Source: Bacillota bacterium
GTDB taxonomy: Bacteria > Bacillota > Clostridia > Oscillospirales > CAG-272
Assembly: GCA_029219205.1 (NCBI GenBank)
Contig: JAQXSY010000143.1
Coordinates: 1-60,892 of the forward strand
Reading direction: 5' to 3'
DNA length: 60,892 bases
Shown here: positions 16,705-27,400 of the stretch, in pieces
How the letters are laid out: the number at the start of each line of letters is the position of its first letter
How positions within the stretch are numbered: position 1 is the stretch's first letter
Position numbers and translations under genes: made by a program
The notes under the pieces: generated by a model
What the model was told of the DNA's origin: nothing
The model's database searches: none
The model's input: the letters and a program-made list of their open reading frames with translations, nothing else

Positions 16705-16752
16705 AATCCCTCCGTTTCGTCAATGATATTCTTGACCGGATTACGGAGGATT
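16705..16752 (-). terminator. hairpin 8 nt downstream of the hisE stop, possible his operon terminator; arms match the 5735-5770 hairpin
   Basis: AATCCCTCCGT (16705-16715) pairs with ACGGAGGATT (16743-16752) as 7+3 bp with one bulged C and a 27-nt loop. On the minus strand it is followed by TTGTTATTATTATT. Confidence 0.4.
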
Positions 16753-16759
16753 ATTAATA

Positions 16760-17089
16760 TTATGTGTTTTTGTCTACCGTTTTCATTTGCTTCAGATTAC
16801 CGATCTTGTTTGAACGCGCGTCAAGCTCATCCATAACGTCTCCGAGAGGAAGTCCCCTCTCGTTCATCATTACAATTAGATGATACAGAAGATCGCATAT
16901 CTCATTTTTAAGCTCTGCGTTGTCGCCGTTTTTCGCGGCAATTATCGTTTCCGCACACTCCTCGCCGACTTTTTTTAGAATTTTGTCCAGTCCCTTGTCA
17001 AAAAGGTAACAGGTATACGACCCTTCCTCGGGTTTTTCCTTGCGCGATGCAACGACGGCGTACAGCGCCTCAAGCGTTTCGTTTTTCAT
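16760..17089 (-). CDS. hisE: phosphoribosyl-ATP pyrophosphatase
   Basis: 109 aa, MazG-like, with [10 protein letters not shown]...KKVGEECAE...E..DLLYHL. Overlaps hisI by 4 nt. Confidence 0.9.
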   Translation of the reverse strand: MKNETLEALYAVVASRKEKPEEGSYTCYLFDKGLDKILKKVGEECAETIIAAKNGDNAELKNEICDLLYHLIVMMNERGLPLGDVMDELDARSNKIGNLKQMKTVDKNT

Positions 17090-17439
17090 TTTGATATATC
17101 CGTTTTTTCCCTTTCTTGTGATTTATACAGCGTTCTGAAAAAGCAGCTTCTGTTTCCCGTGTGACATGCGGCTCCGGTCTGCTCGACAAGCAGAAGCAAG
17201 GTGTCCTCGTCGCAGTCGTAGCGAATTTCCTTTACGGTCTGAAAATGACCCGACGTTTCGCCTTTGTTCCATAAGCGCTGCCTTGAACGGCTGAAAAACC
17301 ACGTTTTTCCGTCCTCGAGCGTTTTTTCAAGCGACTCGCGGTTCATATACGCAAGCATAAGCACTTCGCCGCTGACAGCGTCCTGTACAATCGCCGGAAT
17401 AAGCTCGGATTTTACAAAAAATCCGTCAAGTCCGTTCAT
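17086..17439 (-). CDS. hisI: phosphoribosyl-AMP cyclohydrolase
   Basis: 117 aa with the motifs [17 protein letters not shown] and DCDEDTLL...CHTG. Confidence 0.9.
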   Translation of the reverse strand: MNGLDGFFVKSELIPAIVQDAVSGEVLMLAYMNRESLEKTLEDGKTWFFSRSRQRLWNKGETSGHFQTVKEIRYDCDEDTLLLLVEQTGAACHTGNRSCFFRTLYKSQEREKTDISK

Positions 17440-18200
17440 ATTCGCACGTTCACTCCTTCTTTTTTCAGATAATTCTTAACTTCGCTTATCGTAAGCTCTT
17501 TATAGTGGAACAGCGTCGCCGCAAGCGCCGCGTCCGCTCCGGCAGTTTTGAATGCGTCGAGAAAGTGTTCAAGCTTTCCGCATCCGCCCGAAGCAATGAC
17601 CGGTATACGTACGGCATCGGTTATTTTTTTGGTAATGGTGAGATCGAAACCGTTTTTCGTACCGTCGGCGTCCATTGAGGTGAGCAGCAACTCGCCGGCT
17701 CCAAGACGTTCAGCTTCGACAGCCCATTCAAGCGCGTCGATTCCCGTATCTATTCGTCCTCCGCTTCGGTAAACCGTATATCCGCTCGGCGCGCGGCTGC
17801 TCTTACCCGCGTCAATCGCAACAACTACGCACTGACATCCGAACCTTTCGGCGGCGCGGCTTATCAGAGTTTTATCAAGCAGCGCGGCCGAATTTACCGA
17901 TACCTTGTCCGCGCCCGAAAGCAAAAGCCGCCGGAAGTCCTCGACCGTACGCACTCCTCCTCCGACTGTAAGAGGCATAAACACTTCACGCGCGGTTCGC
18001 TCAACAACGCTGCAGATTGTGTCACGTGCGTCACTTGTCGCGGTTATGTCGAGAAACGTAAGCTCGTCGGCGCCCTGCTCGTTGTAATACTTTGCAATCT
18101 CAACCGGGTCTCCCGCGTCTCGCAAATTTAAAAAATTCACTCCCTTGACGACTCTTCCGTCTTTAACGTCAAGGCATGGTATTATCCTTTTTGCAAGCAT
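17436..18200 (-). CDS. hisF: imidazole glycerol phosphate synthase cyclase subunit
   Basis: [21 protein letters not shown]-terminus. TIM-barrel HisF length (254 aa). Confidence 0.95.
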   Translation of the reverse strand: MLAKRIIPCLDVKDGRVVKGVNFLNLRDAGDPVEIAKYYNEQGADELTFLDITATSDARDTICSVVERTAREVFMPLTVGGGVRTVEDFRRLLLSGADKVSVNSAALLDKTLISRAAERFGCQCVVVAIDAGKSSRAPSGYTVYRSGGRIDTGIDALEWAVEAERLGAGELLLTSMDADGTKNGFDLTITKKITDAVRIPVIASGGCGKLEHFLDAFKTAGADAALAATLFHYKELTISEVKNYLKKEGVNVRI

Positions 18201-18204
18201 ATGT

Positions 18205-18924
18205 TCATCCTTTCTCCGTCAGCCCGACCGCCGCCTTAAGCGAAAGCGTGCCGCTGTAAAGCGACATTCCGGCGATCGCAGCGTAAAGACCGGCTTCAGA
18301 AAGTGCAAAAATATCGTTTATATCCCGTATACCGCCGCTCGCCGTAATATCGCAGTCAACGCTTACGCTAAGCTTCTTCAGCATATCGAGATTCGGTCCG
18401 GTAAGCGTACCGTCCCGTGAAATGTCGGTGAAAATCAGATTTTTAACGCCTTCACTTTCCATTTTACGCGCAAAATCGATATAATCAAAGTCCGACGACT
18501 CTGTCCAGCCCGATACGCTTACCTTTCCGTCGCGGCAGTCTATGCCAACCGCAACCGCGCCGCCGAATTCTTTCAGGGCTTCTTTGAGAAAATCGGGATT
18601 CTTTACCGCCGCCGAACCGATTATAAGCCGCTCAACTCCCATTTCAAGGTATCCGTAAGCGGTTTTCATATCGCGTATTCCGCCGCCGACCTCAAGCTTC
18701 ATTTCGACAGAACCGGCGATCCGTCCGATAACCTCGCGGTTAACCGTCTCTCCGTTCTTCGCACCGTCGAGATCAACTATGTGCAGCCATTTTGCGCCGT
18801 CCGCTTCAAAGGCTTTCGCCTGCTCAACCGGATCGTCCGCAACTCCGTGCGCCGTGCCGTAATCTCCCTTGTAGAGCCGCACGCAGCCTCCTCCAAGCAG
18901 GTCTATCGCAGGTATTATAATCAT
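18205..18924 (-). CDS. hisA: ProFAR isomerase (1-(5-phosphoribosyl)-5-[(5-phosphoribosylamino)methylideneamino]imidazole-4-carboxamide isomerase)
   Basis: [13 protein letters not shown]-terminus, HisA/HisF family, 239 aa, positioned between hisH and hisF. Confidence 0.9.
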   Translation of the reverse strand: MIIIPAIDLLGGGCVRLYKGDYGTAHGVADDPVEQAKAFEADGAKWLHIVDLDGAKNGETVNREVIGRIAGSVEMKLEVGGGIRDMKTAYGYLEMGVERLIIGSAAVKNPDFLKEALKEFGGAVAVGIDCRDGKVSVSGWTESSDFDYIDFARKMESEGVKNLIFTDISRDGTLTGPNLDMLKKLSVSVDCDITASGGIRDINDIFALSEAGLYAAIAGMSLYSGTLSLKAAVGLTEKG

Positions 18925-19565
18925 GACCGCGCCGCCTTTCTGGTTTTTGTCAGCTTTAAGAAATTGTTAAGTATCATAAGACCGATTTTTCCGCTCTTTT
19001 CAGGGTGAAACTGCGTTCCGAAAACGTTTCCTCCTCCTATAACCGCAGCTATCTCCTGTCCGTAATCGCAGACAGCAATCAGTTCGCCGCGGTCTGCCGG
19101 CACAGCCTTATACGAATGTACGAAATATACATAGTCGCCGTTTTTTACGCCTTCTAAAAGAGGAGACGCGGAAAGCATATTAAGGCTGTTCCATCCCATG
19201 TGAGGAATTTTGTATTCCGAAGACGCGCCTGAAGCGCTCAGATGCACAACATTTCCGTGTATAAGTCCGAGCCCGTCCCATTCGCCCATTTCATAGCTTT
19301 TGTCAAGCAGCAGCTGCATACCGAGACAAATTCCGAGCATAGGCTTGTTCTCTACGTATTCCTTTATAAAAACGTCCAAACCGGTGCGCTTAAGCGCGTC
19401 CGCCGCGTCCTTGAACGCTCCGACGCCCGGAAGAATAAGTCCGTCAGTGCAGGCGAGCCGGCCGGCATCGTCCGAAATGAAGTTTTCCGCGCCAAGAAGA
19501 TCAAGCGCGTTCTTAACGCTGTGCAGATTACCCATTCCGTAATCGATAATTCCTATTCCGCTCAT
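18921..19565 (-). CDS. hisH: imidazole glycerol phosphate synthase glutaminase subunit
   Basis: Class I amidotransferase with GICLGMQLL (Cys nucleophile) and FHPEKS. Confidence 0.95.
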   Translation of the reverse strand: MSGIGIIDYGMGNLHSVKNALDLLGAENFISDDAGRLACTDGLILPGVGAFKDAADALKRTGLDVFIKEYVENKPMLGICLGMQLLLDKSYEMGEWDGLGLIHGNVVHLSASGASSEYKIPHMGWNSLNMLSASPLLEGVKNGDYVYFVHSYKAVPADRGELIAVCDYGQEIAAVIGGGNVFGTQFHPEKSGKIGLMILNNFLKLTKTRKAARS

Positions 19566-19566
19566 T

Positions 19567-20151
19567 TCACAGAACTCCCTTTGCGGACAAAACTGCTCCG
19601 CTCCGCTCCGTCATTGCCTGCGAAATCGCACGCGCAGCCGCCTTGAAGCAAGCCTCAATCTTATGATGATCGTTTTCGCCGTATCGCAGGTTTATGTGAA
19701 GCGTTGCACCCATACTGAACGCAAGCGCGCGGAAAAATTCGATTGTAAGCTGTGTATCGTAGCCGCCGATCATAGGGGACGCAACCGGCACGTTATAAAC
19801 CAGATACGGTCTTCCGGATATATCGATCACCGCCTCTGCCAAACTATCGTCCATAGGCACGACGGCGCTTCCGAAACGGTTGATACCGCTTCTGTCTCCG
19901 CAAAGCTCCTTCATAATACCTCCGAGCACGATGCCGGTATCCTCAACCGTATGATGCCCGTCTACAACGAGATCGCCCTTCACCGAAGCACGTATAAAGA
20001 AGCCTCCGTGCACGGCAAACGTATTCAGCATGTGATCGAAGAAACCGATACCGGTCGTTCCTTCAAGACCTGTCGTTTCAGCTTCGCGGATCACGGTCAT
20101 TTTTATATCGGTCTCACGGGTTTTTCTTTCAAGACATGCGGTTTTATTCAT
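19567..20151 (-). CDS. hisB: imidazoleglycerol-phosphate dehydratase
   Basis: 194 aa with the motifs GIGFFDHML and DGHHTVED...; monofunctional form. Confidence 0.95.
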   Translation of the reverse strand: MNKTACLERKTRETDIKMTVIREAETTGLEGTTGIGFFDHMLNTFAVHGGFFIRASVKGDLVVDGHHTVEDTGIVLGGIMKELCGDRSGINRFGSAVVPMDDSLAEAVIDISGRPYLVYNVPVASPMIGGYDTQLTIEFFRALAFSMGATLHINLRYGENDHHKIEACFKAAARAISQAMTERSGAVLSAKGVL

Positions 20152-21226
20152 CTTGCGAAAACTCCTTGCTCATTATTATTTTTCCAAGCACACAAAGAAG
20201 ACGCTCGTTTTCGTCTTTGCTGCCGCAGGTTATACGCAAAAAACGCTTATTCATCATACGTATTGCGATACTTGCGTCTGCCAGCTCTTTTTTGATATAC
20301 GCAGCTTTCTTCTCGCTTTTTGCGTCAATAAAAACAAAATTTGCCGACGTGTCAAAAACAGTCATGCCGCAGAGCAGTGATTCAAGCGAATTTTTCAAAC
20401 GCTTTGCCGCTGCTCCGGTCTCAGCTGCCGAAGCAAACGTCCCGTCGGCTCTTTCAAGCGCGGCAGTTCCGAGCACCTGTGAAAAAGAATTAAGGTTGTA
20501 CGGGCTTTTAACCTTGTTCAGCGCCGATGCAATTTCCGGCGCGGCAACCGCAAATCCGACTCTCAGCGCCGCAAGTCCGAAAGCCTTGGAGAGCGTTTTC
20601 AGCACGATCAGATTCTCAGAATCGGGAATCATGTCCATAACCGAACATTCGCATCCGCAGAATTCGGCGTAAGCTTCGTCAATAACCGCGAGACACCCGC
20701 ACCGATTAACAAACTCGGCAATCTCATCACGGCTGTATGCCCTGCCGGTCGGGTTGCACGGATTCGACAGGATTACAAGCTTTGGACAAACGCTTTTTAC
20801 AATCTCGGCAAGCTCTCTGAAATCGATCTCGTTCGCTTCGTTTTTCCTGTACTCAACAACTTCCGCCCCCGCAAGCTCAGCGTAAAAGCCGTACATGGAA
20901 AAATCAGGCGACGTTACGACGACTTTATCTCCTTTTTCGGTAAAAGCCGTAAACAGCAGGCTGATAAGCTCGTCCGAACCGTTTCCCGCAACAACGCACG
21001 ACGGATCGGCGCGGTATGCGCGTGCGAACGCCGCCCTCAGACGGGACGCATACGGATCCGGATAACGGTTCGACAAAAGAGCAGACGCCGCCTCTTCCGC
21101 GCACTTTCTCATTTCTTCGGAAAGTCCGTAGGCGCTTTCGTTTGCATCAAGCCTGACGTCGCGCGGAGTTGTATCAGGCGAGTATTCTTCCAACTCCGCA
21201 ATCTTTTTCGGTATATATTTGTTCAT
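20144..21226 (-). CDS. hisC: histidinol-phosphate aminotransferase
   Basis: 360-aa class II aminotransferase with LDANESAYG, SNPCNPTG and TLSKAFGLAALRVG (PLP lysine). Confidence 0.9.
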   Translation of the reverse strand: MNKYIPKKIAELEEYSPDTTPRDVRLDANESAYGLSEEMRKCAEEAASALLSNRYPDPYASRLRAAFARAYRADPSCVVAGNGSDELISLLFTAFTEKGDKVVVTSPDFSMYGFYAELAGAEVVEYRKNEANEIDFRELAEIVKSVCPKLVILSNPCNPTGRAYSRDEIAEFVNRCGCLAVIDEAYAEFCGCECSVMDMIPDSENLIVLKTLSKAFGLAALRVGFAVAAPEIASALNKVKSPYNLNSFSQVLGTAALERADGTFASAAETGAAAKRLKNSLESLLCGMTVFDTSANFVFIDAKSEKKAAYIKKELADASIAIRMMNKRFLRITCGSKDENERLLCVLGKIIMSKEFSQDE

Positions 21227-21232
21227 ATCGGC

Positions 21233-22507
21233 TTATCCCATTCGTACTTTTATAGAGTTTGCGTGAGCATAAAGCCCTTCCGCTTCCGCAAAAGCGACAA
21301 CGTCGTCCGCCGCAGACAGAAGCTCTTTCTTTCCATAGGAAAGATATGTCGAGCGCTTTAAGAAGCTGTCCGTTGAAAGCGACGATGAAAAGCGCGCGGT
21401 TCCGTTTGTCGGAAGGACGTGATTCGGCCCTGCGTAATAGTCGCCTAAAGGCTCCGGAGTATATTCGCCCAAAAATACCGAACCGGCGTTACGTACCTTT
21501 GAAAGCAGCTTTTCCGGATCGCGTACCGCAAGCTCAAGATGCTCCGGAGCGATCGTCTCGGAAAGTTCCGCAGCTTCGTCAAGCGTGTCCACAACGACCG
21601 CAGATCCGCACGATGAAAGCGATTTTCTGATGATCTCCTCGCGCGGCAGAGTCTGAATCTGTCTTGCAATCTCGCCGCAAACATTTTCCGCAACCTCAGA
21701 CGACGTCGTTACAAGAATTGCCGCCGCCATGGGATCATGTTCCGCCTGAGCCATGAGATCCGCCGCAATGTACGACGGATCGGCATATTCGTCTGCAATT
21801 ACGAGAACCTCGCTCGGTCCGGCGATCATATCTATATCGACTGCGCCGTATACAAGGCGTTTTGCGGTTGCGACAAAGATATTGCCCGGTCCGACGATTT
21901 TATCGACTTTTTTTACGCTCTCGGTCCCGAACGCCAGCGCCGAAACCGCCTGAGCGCCGCCCACCGTAAGTATGTCGGTCACGCCTGCGAGCTTTGCGGC
22001 ATAAAGCACCGCCGGGTTTATCCCCTCGGTTTTCGGAGGCGTCGCCATGATTATCTCCTCAACGCCGGCAACCACGGCGGGGATCGCATTCATAAGAACG
22101 CTGGACGGATAAGCCGCTCTTCCTCCCGGGACATAAAGACCGATCCTTTTCAGAGGCAAAACACGCTGCCCCATTTTTATATTTCCGCGCTCCAGGTCAA
22201 CTCCGCCGCGCGGCTGACTCTCATGAAATGCTCTGATGTTATCCGCAGCGCGTTCCATTGCCTTTTTCAGCCGAGGACTCAGGCTGTCGCCCGACTGCTC
22301 AATCATTTTTCTGTCAAGATACAGCGAGTCCGGTTCAACGCCGTCAAAACGGTACGACAGCTCGCGCAGCGCGGCGTCGCCTTCTTTTTTTACCTTGTCT
22401 AAAACATCCGTAACGGTTTTGATTATTTCCGAAGGTATGTCCGCGGCACGTTTTTCAAGCATGGAAAGCAGCTCGGGTACATTATTCTTATTATATATTT
22501 TAAGCAT
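21233..22507 (-). CDS. hisD: histidinol dehydrogenase
   Basis: 424 aa with the motifs [21 protein letters not shown] and [13 protein letters not shown]. Confidence 0.95.
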   Translation of the reverse strand: MLKIYNKNNVPELLSMLEKRAADIPSEIIKTVTDVLDKVKKEGDAALRELSYRFDGVEPDSLYLDRKMIEQSGDSLSPRLKKAMERAADNIRAFHESQPRGGVDLERGNIKMGQRVLPLKRIGLYVPGGRAAYPSSVLMNAIPAVVAGVEEIIMATPPKTEGINPAVLYAAKLAGVTDILTVGGAQAVSALAFGTESVKKVDKIVGPGNIFVATAKRLVYGAVDIDMIAGPSEVLVIADEYADPSYIAADLMAQAEHDPMAAAILVTTSSEVAENVCGEIARQIQTLPREEIIRKSLSSCGSAVVVDTLDEAAELSETIAPEHLELAVRDPEKLLSKVRNAGSVFLGEYTPEPLGDYYAGPNHVLPTNGTARFSSSLSTDSFLKRSTYLSYGKKELLSAADDVVAFAEAEGLYAHANSIKVRMG

Positions 22508-23153
22508 TCGTGGCCTCCGATTTTTTATTTACTACTTCTGTAAGACGCGCGGTCAAAACGTCAATCTCGGATTTTTTGAGCTTCATCGCGGCAACATTTA
22601 CAATAAAGCGCGCCGAAACTTCCGCAATGGTTTCATAAACTTCAAGCCCGTTTGCCTTGAGCGTGGATCCGGTTTCGACAATATCGACGATTGCGCCGGA
22701 AAGTCCGAGCAGCGGAGCAAGCTCGACCGAACCCTCGATTTTCACAACCTCAACATCCTCGCCGCGGCTGTTGAAAAACGCCTTCGCCACATTCGGATAC
22801 TTTGAGGCAACAACCTTTCTGCCGTATCCGGAGTAGAAATTCCTTCCCGCGGGACCGGCAAGCGCAAACCTGCATTTTCCGAATCCAAGGTCAAGCAGCT
22901 CGTAAAAGCTCCTGCCCTGCTCCATAATCGTATCCTTGCCGACAACGCCCGCGTCGCAAACTCCGTGTTCAACGTAAGTTATCACGTCCGCCGCTTTAGC
23001 CAAAACAATTTCAATATCTGCATCTCCCAGTCTGAAAAGCAGTTTTCTTCCGCGCCTTTCGCAATCAAGCTCCGAGCAGTCATACCCTGCGGCTTCAAGC
23101 AGCTTAAGCGATTCCGATTCAATCCGGCCCTTTGTAAGCGCTATTCTTATCAT
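22500..23153 (-). CDS. hisG: ATP phosphoribosyltransferase, short (HisZ-dependent) form
   Basis: 217 aa, lacks the C-terminal regulatory domain. Has MIRIALTKGR and IVDIVETGSTLKANGL. Confidence 0.9.
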   Translation of the reverse strand: MIRIALTKGRIESESLKLLEAAGYDCSELDCERRGRKLLFRLGDADIEIVLAKAADVITYVEHGVCDAGVVGKDTIMEQGRSFYELLDLGFGKCRFALAGPAGRNFYSGYGRKVVASKYPNVAKAFFNSRGEDVEVVKIEGSVELAPLLGLSGAIVDIVETGSTLKANGLEVYETIAEVSARFIVNVAAMKLKKSEIDVLTARLTEVVNKKSEATNA

Positions 23154-24343
23154 GATACGATCTCCCTTCTTCCGTCTTCACTCACTCTCACAACCAACGG
23201 TATCTTTCTTGCTTTGGCGTATTCGACCGTGTCGTTTATATCATCGAATGTTGAAACTACGCACGACCTGCCGTCTTCACGGTACTCGTTTCTGAGTTCG
23301 AGAGCATATTGATATGCCTCACCGTCAAAATGTATCATAACGTCCGGAATACTGCGTTTTTTGGTTTCTCCGCGCTTTAAGAGAGTATCGGCGGCAAGAC
23401 CTACATTTACCGCAAAACCCGTTGCCGGCAGATTTTTTCCGAAAATATCAAGCAGCTGATCGTATCTTCCGCCTGCGAGTATCGGTTCGCCCGCTCCGGA
23501 CAAATATCCGCGGAACACAACGCCCGTGTAGTAGTCTATCGAATGGACAATACCGAGGTCGATCAGAATGTTGTCCTTCATCCCGGCTTCGCCGAGCAGA
23601 CGGTACAGATTCTTTAAATACTCAAGCGCTTCCAGCGCGCCCTCGTTTCCGTCGGCGAGCGCCTCCGCCTCCGAAAAAACTTCATCTCCGCCGAAAAGCA
23701 GCGGTATCTTTCTGATACGGTCAAATCCGGGTCCGAAATCCGGCCCGAGCGAAACCGCGTTCTTCGAATCGACAAGGCGCCGTATTCTCGCCTGCTCGTC
23801 CGGATTCAGGGTAAGCGAAGAGATCAGCGAATTATAAAATCCGACGTGGCCGATCTCGAGCTTGAACTCCGGACCAATCGTTTTAAGCGCCTCAATCGCA
23901 AGCGTTATCATCATTAGGTCGCTTTTCCGTCCCGCAGCGCCGATCAGCTCAACTCCGCTCTGTCTTATTTCGCTTTGATGCCCGGAATAGTCTCCGCTAA
24001 TCCTGTATATATCCTGGTTATAATACAGCTTGAGCGGCAGAGGCGCACCGCGCAGCTTTGTTGACGCGACTCTCGCCATGGGCATGGTGTTGTCCGCACG
24101 AAGCACCGCAAGATCCCCTCCGGCGTCCGTCAGTTTGTACATTCCGCTCAGCCCCATCGGCAGTCCGGCGCCCGTGAACAACTCTCCGTGCTCTATTGCC
24201 GGCGTGATTATCTCGCTGTATCCCTCGTCCTCGTAAGCCGCAGCAAGCCTTCGCTCGATTTCCCTGCGGGTTTCCGCTTCGTCGAATATTACATCGCGCA
24301 TGCCCTCGGGCAGCGTTATTATCTTTTTGTTAAGTGATGCCAT
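23150..24343 (-). CDS. hisZ: ATP phosphoribosyltransferase regulatory subunit (HisRS paralog)
   Basis: Class II aaRS-like core (LPEGMRD..., YYTGVVFRGY) with no anticodon-binding domain. Overlaps hisG. Start placed at ATG 24343, 7 nt after GGGAGGTG, instead of the track's GTG at 24358. Confidence 0.85.
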   Translation of the reverse strand: MASLNKKIITLPEGMRDVIFDEAETRREIERRLAAAYEDEGYSEIITPAIEHGELFTGAGLPMGLSGMYKLTDAGGDLAVLRADNTMPMARVASTKLRGAPLPLKLYYNQDIYRISGDYSGHQSEIRQSGVELIGAAGRKSDLMMITLAIEALKTIGPEFKLEIGHVGFYNSLISSLTLNPDEQARIRRLVDSKNAVSLGPDFGPGFDRIRKIPLLFGGDEVFSEAEALADGNEGALEALEYLKNLYRLLGEAGMKDNILIDLGIVHSIDYYTGVVFRGYLSGAGEPILAGGRYDQLLDIFGKNLPATGFAVNVGLAADTLLKRGETKKRSIPDVMIHFDGEAYQYALELRNEYREDGRSCVVSTFDDINDTVEYAKARKIPLVVRVSEDGRREIVS

Positions 24344-24373
24344 CTTTGCACCTCCCACTGTATTTACTTTAAC

Positions 24374-24402
24374 ATTTTATCACTTTATCTTGCTAAAGTC
24401 AA
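24374..24402 (-). promoter_or_regulatory. sigma-A type promoter of the his operon
   Basis: The reverse complement reads TTGACT (24402-24397), 17 nt, TAAAAT (24379-24374). Only about 25-30 nt of 5' UTR lie before hisZ. Confidence 0.55.
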
Positions 24403-24460
24403 TTAATACATTAATAAAAAACTTCGGCGCGTCGGTTTTTTTGTTGTATAATACGACAAT

Positions 24461-27400
24461 TCAGAACAATGATATCTGATTTGTCTCGCTCAGTCCCGTA
24501 AGAACGCCGTTTGTCTGAAGCACTTCAATTACGGTTTTTGTCAGTTTAGCCTTGAGACGAAGCTCCTCGACCGAGATTATCGGTTCCCTGTCGCGAAGCT
24601 CGGCGATGCTCCTTGCGGCGTTTTCTCCGAGACCGTTCAAAGACGAAAAAGGAAGTCTGATTCCGCCGTTTTCGGGCAAAAACAAAAACGCGTCGGATTT
24701 TTCAAGGCTGACCGGCAAAAATCTGATGCCGCGCGCGTAAGCTTCGTTTACAAGCTGAAGCTTTGAATACATTCCTTCCTCTTTCTGCGTCGTATCTCCC
24801 TCTTTTTTCTTCTTTTCAATCTCAGCCATCGTCCGCATAACTTCTTTTTTCCCGCTCATAACAATCTTTGCGTCAACTCCGTCCGGGGCGGCTGAAAAGA
24901 ACGCGGCGTAAAATTCAAGCGGCATATGAACCTTATACCAGCCAATACGAATCGCGCTCATGACATACGCCGCAGCATGTGCCTTGGGAAACATATATTT
25001 AATCTTGCGCAGCGAATCAATATACCATTCCGGCACGTTGTTTTCACGCATGATGCCGACCATCTCGTCCGAAAGCGGTTTGCCCTTTTTGTTTTTGCGG
25101 ACAAATTCCATGATTTTGAAAGCCATGCTGTTATCGACGCCGTATTTTATCAGGGAAAGCATAATTCCGTCACGCGTTCCGACGACCTGCGAAATGTCGC
25201 AGATACCGTTCCGTATCAAATCCTGCGCGTTGCCCGCCCAAACGTCCGTACCGTGAGTCAGTCCGGAAATCTGGAGCAGATCCGAGAAGTTTTTCGGTTT
25301 CGCCTCAACAACAACCGGCTGAACAAAGCCGGTGCCGAACTCGGGAAGCCCAAGCGTACCTAGCGGACAGCCTATATCGTCCGGAGTGACGTTCAGCGAC
25401 TTTGTCGATCTGAAAAGCTCGTATACCTCCGGATCGTTCATGGGAACATCCATAACCGACGTATTCGTAAAGCGTTCGATCATTTTGTATTTTGTCGGAA
25501 CATCGTGCCCGAGCTCATCGAGCTTGAGAATCGTATCGTGCAGATACGAAAACGCAAAATGCGTGGTTACTACCGTTGAAGTGGGATCGTCGGCGGGATG
25601 TTGGATCGGCGTGAAGTCGTATACCTCGTATTCTCGCGGAATAACTATGATTCCGCCCGGATGCTGTCCGGTTGTTCGCTTGACGCCGACGCAGCCTTCG
25701 ACCAGACGGTTCATCTCGGCTTTGTTAACCGAAACGCCCTTGCCCTCAAGGTACTTTGCAACAAATCCGTAAGCCGTTTTGTCTGCAAGCGTTCCGAGCG
25801 TTCCGGCGCGGAACACGTTTTCGGCGCCGAAAAGCTGCTCCGTGTACTTATGTACCTTTGCCTGTACCTCGCCGGAAAAGTTCAGGTCGATATCCGGAGA
25901 TTTATCCCCGTAAAATCCGAGAAATGTTTCAAACGGGATATCGTGTCCGTCGTTTATCATTTTCGTATTGCAGACCGGACAATTACGGTCGGGCAAATCA
26001 TAGCCGGATCCGGCGCCGTCCGGGTTTGAAAAATCGCTGTACTTGCAGTTCGGGCACACATAGTGCGGCGGCAGCGGATTTACCTCCGAGATGCCGTCCA
26101 TAAACGCAACGAGCGACGAGCCGACAGATCCGCGCGAACCCACAAGATAGCCCTGGCTCTCGCTGTAGCTTACAAGCTTCTGCGCAATGACGTAAAGCAC
26201 CGCAAATCCGTGCTTTATGATCGATTCAAGCTCTTTGTCAAGCCTCTTGCGAACGATGTCGGGCAGCGGGCTTCCGTATATGCGCGTCGCTTTTTCTTCG
26301 CAGGTCTGCGTCAGATTCTCCTCCGCTCCGTCCATATGCGGAGTAAAAGTTCCCTTCGGAATCGGACGAACTTCCTCGATCATATCGGCTATCATATTTG
26401 TATTTTTGACGACCACCTCGTACGCCTTTTCCGGTCCGAGATAGGAAAACTCTTCAAGCATTTCCTCTGTCGTCCGAAGATAAAGCCCGCAGTCTCGGTC
26501 GGCATCCGAAAATTTCATTCCGGCAAGCAGAATCTTACGGTATATTTCGTCCGTTTTTTCCATAAAATGCGCGTCGCAGACCGCGACAACCGGGCGGTTT
26601 GCCTCTTCTCCCAGAGCAACAATCCTGCGGTTAATTTCTCTTAAGCCCTCGTCGTCCTGAACCGAGCCTTTTTCTATCAGATACCGGTTGTTTGAAACCG
26701 GATGAATTTCCAGATAGTCGTAATATTTTGCGATTTCCAAAAGCTCCGAGTGCTTCTTTCCGGAAAGAATCGCCTCAAAAAGCTCTCCCTCCGAACAAGC
26801 GGACGAAACAAGCAGACCGTCGCGGTATTCGTTAAGCACGTTTTTCGGCAGGCGAGGATGCTTTCGGTAATAATTGAGATATCCGAGCGAGACGATTTTG
26901 TACAGATTTTTAAGTCCGGTCTGGTTTTTTACAAGTAAAATGATGTGGTTTGTATTCAGCTTCAGGCAGTCCACTTTGTCGGACATCGCTTCGTTCATTG
27001 ACGATACGGTGCGGACGCCTTCTTCCCTGAGTTTTCCGCACATTTTTGCAAATATCGCCGCGAGCATCGCCGCGTCGTCGTACGCCCGGTGATGATTGAA
27101 GCTTCCGAGCCCGAAATAATCCGCAAGATTGTCAAGCTTGTGCTTTTGAAGATCCGGATTTACGTACCTCGACAGCGCAACCGTGTCTATATATGTGTTG
27201 TTGAACGGGATATCGTTTTCTTCGCAGACGTGACGTATAAAGCCGGTATCAAAGCCCGCGTTGTGCGCCACAAGTATGCTGTCTCCCGCAAACTTCAGGA
27301 ATTCTCTCACCGCGTCTCCCTGTGACGGCGCGCCGCTTACCATTTCGTCAGTTATGCCGGTAAGCTCGGTTATATTTTCGGGTATGTGTTCTCCGGGATC

